Assembly (NCBI GenBank): GCA_030141605.1
Contig: JAQGDQ010000005.1
Location: 62,001-126,000, forward strand
DNA from: Tubiluchus corallicola
Taxonomy: Eukaryota > Animalia > Priapulida
DNA: 64,000 nucleotides
Direction of reading: 5' to 3'
Under the pieces are notes generated by a model. The model saw nothing but the letters and a program-made list of their open reading frames with translations, searched no databases and had not been told where the DNA came from. Positions 55,293-64,000 of this stretch are shown piece after piece. Both the position numbers and the translations under genes were made by a program. Position 1 is the stretch's first letter. Every line of letters starts with the position of its first letter.

Positions 55293-57779
55293 GTGCAAAA
55301 AAACCTTAGAGCTACTGACTACACTCCTACGATCATGCCACCAAACACGCATAGACTGCTAACAAATTAAATAATATTGATGCGTTAATTTTCAAGTTTC
55401 TTTCATCATTCAATATCATGCATGAATGGCTCCGACTCAAGGTGAAAAACACGCCCTTAATAACAAATTGATTAAATACCTGTCTAAAGCGATACCTAAA
55501 TTAATTAATTGCGCTCATTGTCATTAATGTATGCAATAATGTATCTCTGTTATTTCTTCTGATTGCAATGGTTTAAACGTTAGTGATTCAAGCAAGCGGT
55601 CTTCAATAGCGCAAAATAGCTTAGAGACTTGGGTTCCAGCCACAATAGAGGAACGCTGTCCCTACCCCATTCATTAAATTTTACGATAACGAAAATGTAT
55701 TATTAAAAACGTTTAGCACATTTAAATTTTTTTTAGATACAGTGGTCAACTTTTTGCATTTACAACTTTACAAAATGTACGAGCTTCGCCCATTTCATAG
55801 TCATGGTGTACTGGCCTCCATGTCTATAAAATGGTAAGTGGTTTCAAACGACACCTCAACACTTAAAAGATACTAGAAAATAACTGGAAATTTTGAAATC
55901 TCAGGATGCATTTCATTATTATTAGTAGTAGTAATATAATAACGCACTATTATTGCTTAGTAATTTTCTTAATAAGCACGTGAGCGCGATATTTGATGCT
56001 ATCAGAAAATACCACAATTATTTCGTCTTTCTGTGAAATTCTAAAAAAATATCCGTGCGTCTTTTTTTATAAACAAGAAACAACCTGAGGGAGTTAATTG
56101 CTGTAATGGAGAGATACGTGTTACCTTGAGAGTGGAACGAAAATTACTAGATACTCATTTGAAGAGATGAGATATTATGTAGCGAGAGCTAGATAACTAG
56201 ACGCTATTTTGAGAAAAACGTAATAATGTTTTAGTTAAACGAAATACCAGTTGAATTTGAGATACAAATTTCAAAGAACAATATGTTCTCGTTAGTCTAG
56301 AGAAAACAATATATTGTCTTGCAACCAAGTATATGAAAGTATCTTAAAAGAACTACATAGACTCTACTATCTTGAGGAAAACATAAACTATCTTAACTTA
56401 AGGAGTCATTCAACAGACCTCTTTTGAGCTTTTTATAGAGATACCCAATGTTAAAAAGAACTTAGAAAAGTTTTACAATAGTAAGTATATCATGTTATAC
56501 GTTGATGCATCATGTCACGTCCTAAATTTATTTTTTACCATTCAACAGTAATTAGTATTTGATACAAAATATTTTCTCTAACACACATAAATTATAATAT
56601 GATACACTTAAACAATGTTGTGCCTCGAAATAGCTTGTATTACGAATTTTGCAAAAATGGACTGTTCAGAGAAAAATCGCAATTAAACTGCACCTATTCT
56701 AAAATTCATAGAGTCAGGAAATTATGCGCAGTCTCTTGAGGAACATAGGTCAATGAAAAGAAATAGTTTGGGAAGCAATTTTTAGAACAGTTTAGCAGGT
56801 AGCATCATATTTTGTATGACACAAGGGTTAACATTTATAGCATAATTTCTGTCCCTTCAGAAGGAAAGAATTATAATTATAAACCTGCTCAATGTTGTGC
56901 TGTATGAAATTGCCTAACTTGTTAGCTAAACTCTAATGTGATTTAAATGTAATTATTAACATACTTTGTTTTTATCAAATAACAATTTCTTTTGAAATTA
57001 CTTACAAAAGCTCAAAAGAGAAGGAAACAAGGGAAAAGAAACTATGAAGAAAAAACCAGGAAGAAAGGAAGGGAAAAAAGCAGGCTAGCAGGTAAGAAAG
57101 TTAGGACGAGAAAGAAAGAAACAAACAAAGAAAGAAATTGAAAGAATAGAAAGGAAGACAAAAGAAAAAAGAGAATGGAAGAGAAAAAAGGAAAGCAAGA
57201 AAAAATAGAGGAATAAATGGACGAACAAAGAATTCAGGAAAGAATCAAAAAGGAGAAACACGATGCTGCTCACCTTCCTTGATATATTATCAAGGTGACC
57301 TCTAACCATGTGTAAGCGAAGTGCGTCATAAAAATTATCCTTAAGACAACATTTCACCAGCAAAACAGTAATTAATAACTGCCTTCAGTGAATAAATAAT
57401 TTATAGTCTTCGACGTCTGCTTTGGTATGCCAATCTTAATTAAGCACATCCCAGTTCAAATTAAAAAGCTTACTCGTAAACCTGACTTATTTAGTGTTAA
57501 TTATTTAGTACATATTCGAGATTAAAAAAGATGGAGCGATGAATGTGACCTGGGACAGGCACAATAAAATAACAGAACTACGACCCGATTAAGCATGGCA
57601 TGTGGAAGAGGCACAGACCAAAATGGGGCCTTCTATGTGAGTGTAGTCCAAGCGAGCAATTAACAGCAAAGAAACTTAGAAACGATTCGGTGAAAGACTT
57701 TGGAAGAATAAAAACCTTTAAGCAGTTTTATTATTGTTTACTCTGTTTGCTGCAAAACAAACATGCACGCATTGCACAG

Positions 57780-58038
57780 ATAAACATGGTAATTGCCGTG
57801 ATAATTTAAGGTTGTTTGTGATTACTGATTAGTGTTATTTTTGTCTTATTAGTATTATTAGACGCTTCGCTATTGTTATATACAACTTACATGGTGATTT
57901 CAGCATAACGGATAAACATGGTAATTGCCGTGATAATTTAGGGTTATTTGTCTTCACTAGTTAGTGTTATTTTTGTCTTAGTAGCATTATCAGACGATTC
58001 GGTATTGTTATCTACAACTTACATGGTGATTACAGCAT
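57780..58038. repeat. tandem duplication, ~133-bp unit x2
   Basis: ATAAACATGGTAATTGCCGTGATAATTTA...TACAACTTACATGGTGATT.CAGCAT twice. Confidence 0.9.
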
Positions 58039-58264
58039 GTTATGATGGCAGCTGAGTCCCCTCAACAAGAATATCTTTTATACGCCTTCACAATCATCGC
58101 CACCTCCGCCCCAACCCCCACATCACCATTGAAATTTTATCATTATAATGCCACTTTTTGCTTATTTAACAAGCAGCAATTTTTTTGTCTGTTGCGAAAG
58201 GTTTAGATGGCATATGAGCAGTTTAAGATCTATCTAAACACTAAATTCTAAAATTTCTTACTTT

Positions 58265-58866
58265 TTAAATTTAAAATCTGTAAGTCAAAATAATCTGCTC
58301 TTTAAAATATTGGAACTATTAAAGAGCAGACACTATTTTTTTCAAGAATGCTTTGCGTGAAAGAATTATTACAGCAGAAACCCTATTTCGCGTTCGCGAA
58401 ACTAGTTCTTCGCTGTTACATGTATTTCGCCATTTTTTAGTTAGAATACTACTAGCGTCTGCATTTTGAAAACGCGATGCACAAAAAACAGGTGCTGCAC
58501 CTTTCAGTTCACATGTGTGCACACGTTCGACAGCTCATGCGTGAGCACAGCGGTAAATTTGAAATTTGAATTTTTATCTTAAAAGTTGCCCAGTTTTGTT
58601 ACAACACACCAAATCTCTTACAGTACTGCTGAACTTAATTTTTTCTCTTTCACAAACACGTGCAACACGCTCACGAAATGCTTTTGCTGCTGAAAACTGT
58701 GTCCGTTGATGTTTATGTCATAAATATTTGGCTCGCCCGCTCTTAATTGAGATTTTATTCTATTACTTAACTATCAGAAACGCTTTTCCAGTATTACTGA
58801 TGTTAAAATGTATACCTTTTACCGTACTTGAAAATGGGATAATATATGAAAAATCATCTTCCTTTG
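58265..58866. mobile_element. Kolobok-type MITE, degenerate copy
   Basis: Collinear with 61310-61917 from TGTAAGTCAAAATAATCT to AAAATCATCTTCCTTTGA. Confidence 0.75.
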
Positions 58867-59901
58867 AGGTTTTTAGTTCATTAAAGTTGGGAAGTCATAT
58901 TAGCAACGGTATGTTACTGCAATTAGTGCTACTATTGTGTAGTGCCAATATCGTCAGTGTCAATGTCGGGTGATTTCGTTGTCGCCAAAATGAAATAATT
59001 TCTGCCCTGTTACTTAACTTTTCAAAAGTTTGAATTCGGCATGAGTTATTGAGTCTGTATAGGCCTACGCCGTTTCAGATAATGCATTGCATTTTACTTT
59101 TAGGTGGTTAAATCATGACCCTGCTGAGAACTGTTATTGAATTAGTCACCAAATGCTGAATCAAAATTGTATTATATTTTGGTGTTATTTCACATGTGTG
59201 TAATCAGTGTTTTTACCATGCAACAATTACCAATTCACAAGTGCACAGATATACGTTCAGACTTTTGACATTTGGTCTTTTACTCAAACCAAATGAACAT
59301 CAAGCTCGACACTTATCCTGAAAATCTTTTAAAATTGTTTACAAAATTCGTAGCGCAAATATAGCTGTAGGTTATATATCTGAATTATGTGAGCATTTAC
59401 ACTAATGGCGACTAATTCATTGATGCTTAGCCAAGTCCATTTCTTGTGAATCAAATCTACGCAAAGAGAGATGCAGAAACAATTTCTTACGCAATTAGTA
59501 AGACATATCACATCACCTGCATCTGTGGTTATCTGGATAAAATTGCCAGGATTAGTCCAATTATTGCAATCATAAAGGCGGATATGATTATAGGCCTATA
59601 TTTCCAAGTGCACTGCTAGTCGACTGTGCCGTTTCACTGCAACTTGTAAGCTTTTATGGCAATAACGACCTTGAAGATATTAGCCCGCGCAACCTTGGTA
59701 TTCTTTGTCAAATAATGTTTGATAAAAGTTAACTATAGAGCAACACTAAACACATGGGCTAGAAATTAAGTTTGGAAAGTCGCCATATAAAATGTGTTAA
59801 TCTTTTGTCAAATTTTATATAGTTTGTACGCAATATTAGCAGTTGCATCACAAAGTCACTGAAATTATGAACGTCAAATATATTACAAAGCCGTCCTTAA
59901 T

Positions 59902-60283
59902 CAGGGTCGTCCAGAAAAGAACATTTCTGCAACTTTCAAATTAAAAACGTATAAAAATGTAATTTGAATTAAAACGAATATACATATATTTTATACGCAA
60001 AAATAAAATTAATTGTAAGTTTCTGCTGGGTTTTTTAAAAATGTGATGTAGGCACAAAATTCTATTTCTATAACAAAGAAAAGGATTTTTCCAAAATTTA
60101 CTGTTGTAAATGGGAAAGACACTCAGCTTTTGGTGCTTTTTAATCTACATAATTTAAAAAAACACCTTGACGTAAATCTTCTGGATCGTAAATTATGGAA
60201 AACATGTCTCAGCGAGCGTATCACGCCAGAAAAATCAAAAGTGTTATTGAACTGAATTCATAATGTATATATGTATATGTATG

Positions 60284-60314
<31 letters not shown>

Positions 60315-60465
60315 TCATTAGCCACTATATATATTCATAATGTATATATGTATATACAGTATATACATATATTCGTTTTTATTCTGTTAGATTTTTATAC
60401 CTTTTTGACCCGTAATTTTTGATTTATTATATAACTTGCAGGTAATGTTTTTCTGGACAACCCTA
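59902..60465. mobile_element. Tc1/mariner-type MITE
   Basis: TIR CAGGGTCGTCCAGAAAAGAACATTTCTGCAA versus TTGCAGGTAATGTTTTTCTGGACAACCCTA, extending imperfectly to about 90 bp. Confidence 0.72.
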
Positions 60466-61309
60466 TAGTACTCAGAGGTGATCATTTGGCCACGTTCTCT
60501 GAGCAGTTTCTGTTACAGGAGTTTACCATGAGGATAATACTGCCTGCCTGGCAGTTATTGTGTGTTGACAGTGCACCCAAACATACTTGGCATAAGAGAC
60601 GCAATATAAAGAGCATTGTTTAGTCTCATCATTTAATGGGCAAGGAACTATTACCTTTAGACGTAATCCGGCCTTTGATAATAATAAACGCAAGACGAAC
60701 TTTTGTCAGCACTCACATAAAATGACTTTAGGGCTATAACGTAAAGACTTTTTTCAGCTTCGTGTTTCTTGGCTCTTCGCCGGAAGCGGAAAAATTAATG
60801 ATGATTGAAGAACACGAAAGCGGAGGTAGAAGACGTAAAATACAGGTAGAGAATAGTGGCGGAAAAGGTTTAGGATAATAGAGCTAAAAAGCGTTAGGAA
60901 ATAGGGGTGAAATCCATTACTTGGACTCATAGGAAAGGTCTTATGTGTCGGTATCAAGGTTTTGTGTGAAAATTTTGTCCTTTGCCAAGGAATAACGATT
61001 TATGATTAGTAATTAAATTACGGATGGACAATCAACTTCAATGCACCGAAGGAAACGTACATAAAACGAAAACCACCGGACCGGAGAAGAGTGGCTAAAT
61101 TGGATGACCTAATAAGAACGATTTTCCAAGATCAGTTTATCCATCAGAAATAATCAGTACAGTCGCTGAAGAGAAAAATGTCCTCGTAAAAAAACTAATT
61201 ACTAATTTGAGTAGCTTCAGTGAAAGAGAGACTTTCAGAACTAAAAAAAGTTGACGTGTCTGCGTAGAGAGCTTTGAATTTGGTTTGCTTATGCGAACAT
61301 ACATATTAA

Positions 61310-61917
61310 AGCAAAACCGAATCCAGTCTTAAACTGTAGGTCAAAACAATCTACTCTTTAAAATATTGAAAGGAAAAATACTATTTTTTCAAAAGTGACT
61401 TACGTGAAATAATTATTACCACACAAACGCAATTTCGGTTTCGCGCCACTAAGTCTTCGCTGTTACATGCATTCCGACATTCGCTAGTTAGACGGGCACT
61501 AGTGCCTGCATTTCGAAAACGCCTTGCACAAAAAACAGGTGCTATGCCACTCAGTTCAGATGTGTTCGTTTGTGACGAACTGCAAACGTTCGGCAGCTTG
61601 TGCGTGAGCACAGCGGTAAATTTGAAATTTGAATTTTTATCTTAAAGCTTACCTAGTTTTAGTACAACACACTGAATATCTTACAGTAGCACTGTACTTC
61701 AAGTTTCGCTTTCGCAAAAACGTGCAACACGCTCGTGGAATATTTTTGCTGTTGAAAATTAAGTTCGCTTGTGATGTCATCCATAGTTGGGTTCGCCTGC
61801 CGTTAATTATGATTTTAATTTATTATTTGATTATCAAAAACGCCTTTGCAGTATTTATGTATACTTTTTATCGGACTTGAAAATTAGGTAGTATGTGAAA
61901 AATCATCCTGTCTTCCT
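61310..61917. mobile_element. Kolobok-type MITE, full copy
   Basis: TTAA|AGCAAAACCGAAT...ATCCTGTCTTCCT|TTAA; collinear with 33376-33973 (GCACAAAAAACAGG, CACAGCGGTAAA, TGATGTCA cores). Confidence 0.8.
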
Positions 61918-62431
61918 TTAAGTCTGATAAGGTGGAAAATTGATGTATTCTGCATTTATGAAGACGACGAGAATAACCAGACAATCATGAACAGTTGATT
62001 GATTAAACTCAAGCAACTCCGAGGTTGGGGTGAAGATAGGAAATCAACACCTTTACTCTGGGTAATTACAATCCAGATTAGATTTGGCTTTTGAAAGAAG
62101 ATGCGCTTACATCCTTGAAAGAAGTTACGCTGCTATTTCACCACAATCGTCAGAATCTCTGCAAGCTCTGAGTCTCATCTTAATAGCTTAATAGCATATC
62201 CTTAATAATGAGCGAGTTTCCAGTCTTAGCATTTCCATATTGAGTAGAATCTGCTGTAAAATGCCTGATTTTGACTTGTAGTGCAGCGAAATGCACAAAA
62301 TGTGTTTTTACCAAGCGCCATCTTCGAGCAGTGACCGGGAAAACAAATAAACAAAGAAATTTTTTATTGTTTTGTTTACTGAGACATATAGCATCTTGAT
62401 AAAGGCAAAAATTGTATCATCGTCTCACGCC

Positions 62432-62574
<143 letters not shown>

Positions 62575-63811
62575 CGTTTTTTACTCTCTTACTCTAGATC
62601 TTGAATTTTTTTACCGTTACAAATAAAGCCTTACACAGACTACACCAGACACCTCACTGGTTTTTCCTGCAAAATGTTCTTGCTTTATGGCAGCGTTAAA
62701 GCCTTTGGCAGGAAAATCTCGATAATAAATAAGCTCCTTGCGAGCAGAGCTTATGAGTTGAATGCCACATGCTTCGCACATGAGAGTAAGCTTGTAATAG
62801 GATTACATTAACACTGATTTCAAACGCATTGAATTTTCGTTGAATCTGAAAACTTGAACAATTAGGTGTAATAAAGGTAAAAAAACTTCAAGAAGATTGG
62901 GATTCTTGTCAGAGCAGCTTCTGGAAACTATATAAAAACTGCACACAAATTGATTGTATGAAATACATTTAGTCATGTTTCGCGCGGATCTATGCAAGCA
63001 AAATTTTCCCTTGTCCATTACATAACCACGCTGTAAATTCAGTGAACTCATTACGATCAATAATTTATTGTAATATGGTAACCTTTGGTATAATCTTTCA
63101 CAAAAAATACTTCACAGGTCTACAACCATTAGCGTATAACTTTCCTTTTAATTCTTTCGTATGAAATAAATGAACAAGATATGCAGAGTTTCTTATTGCT
63201 TAATTACGGCTTACACTTTAACTGTTTCTGTAATTCGCTCTTTGCGAATTAATCACACGCTGTTCAAGTATTGGAGAGCCTAGGATTATTGCTTAGTTAG
63301 CATTCAGACGGCTTTCTCGCGAATCTTATGAAATTAAAGCGCACTCGACCTCTCTTCCCCTTGTTCAACCTCAGCGTAATTATTCGAGTGATTGAATTTT
63401 GTTGTATTGTACTGAAAGAGGCGATATTTCGCAGGCTTTTCAACTACAGTGTTACTGTATATTGTGTTCCTAGTTGTTACACAGAAAAGTGAACTGGAAA
63501 TACAGAGTATAACGTGTTTAAGCGCGATCTGTGAATATGGTAGCTCCCTTACAAGTATGGTAAGCCAGACACAGCCAAACCAAGAAGGTTCTCAACTACG
63601 TATACGTATACTGAGCAGAACTGCCATGACTTTTTAATTGTGAAGTTCACTACCATGGTCAACTTTGCGGGTTCAGTTCTATCTGGTTTGTTCATGTTAA
63701 TTCCGCTCTAAATAAATTTATTTGTCTGTGCCTCAGTAATAACATCGGTGCATATTCTGTCATAAGGCCTTATTTATATTTCTAAAAGCTTTAGAATAAA
63801 ATCTCAGTCTG

Positions 63812-63908
<97 letters not shown>

Positions 63909-63944
63909 TAATAATAATAATAATATCAATAATAATAATAATAA
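63812..63944. repeat. (AAT)n microsatellite
   Basis: directly visible. Confidence 0.95.
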
Positions 63945-64000
63945 CTGAGACTATTGAAGCCAACAGTTAATGGTGGACAGCATCATGATTCAGATCAGTT

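Overview
AT-rich eukaryotic (invertebrate metazoan) genomic DNA with spliceosomal GT-AG introns; it is not prokaryotic, and most short ORFs in the supplied track are noise. Four protein-coding genes can be read by hand. (1) A white-like ABCG half-transporter on the minus strand: 14 exons from 10502 to 340, about 571 codons, running off the left edge. (2) A complete 8-exon MSL1 (male-specific lethal 1; coiled coil + PEHE domain) on the plus strand, 13215-22302, about 496 aa, head-to-head with the ABCG gene. (3) An intronless-CDS C1orf198/DUF4706-like gene on the minus strand, 25374-26273, tail-to-tail with MSL1. (4) The first coding exon of an RGK-family (Rad/Gem/Rem-like) small GTPase with a long N-terminal extension, 41907-42918 (+), followed by an apparent intron of more than 21 kb. 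The non-coding DNA is rich in mobile elements: hAT-type MITEs with 8-bp target-site duplications, a four-copy TTAA-flanked Kolobok-type MITE family, a Tc1/mariner-type MITE, a Tigger/pogo relic, a 5'-truncated CR1-type LINE, tRNA-derived SINE pieces, two long-inverted-repeat (foldback-like) structures and many microsatellites. I found no convincing wholly new biological system. The most unusual items are the foldback element carrying promoter-like sequence, the ~3.9 kb inverted-repeat structure, and a stop-start uORF chain in front of MSL1. All family calls come from remembered motifs, not database searches.
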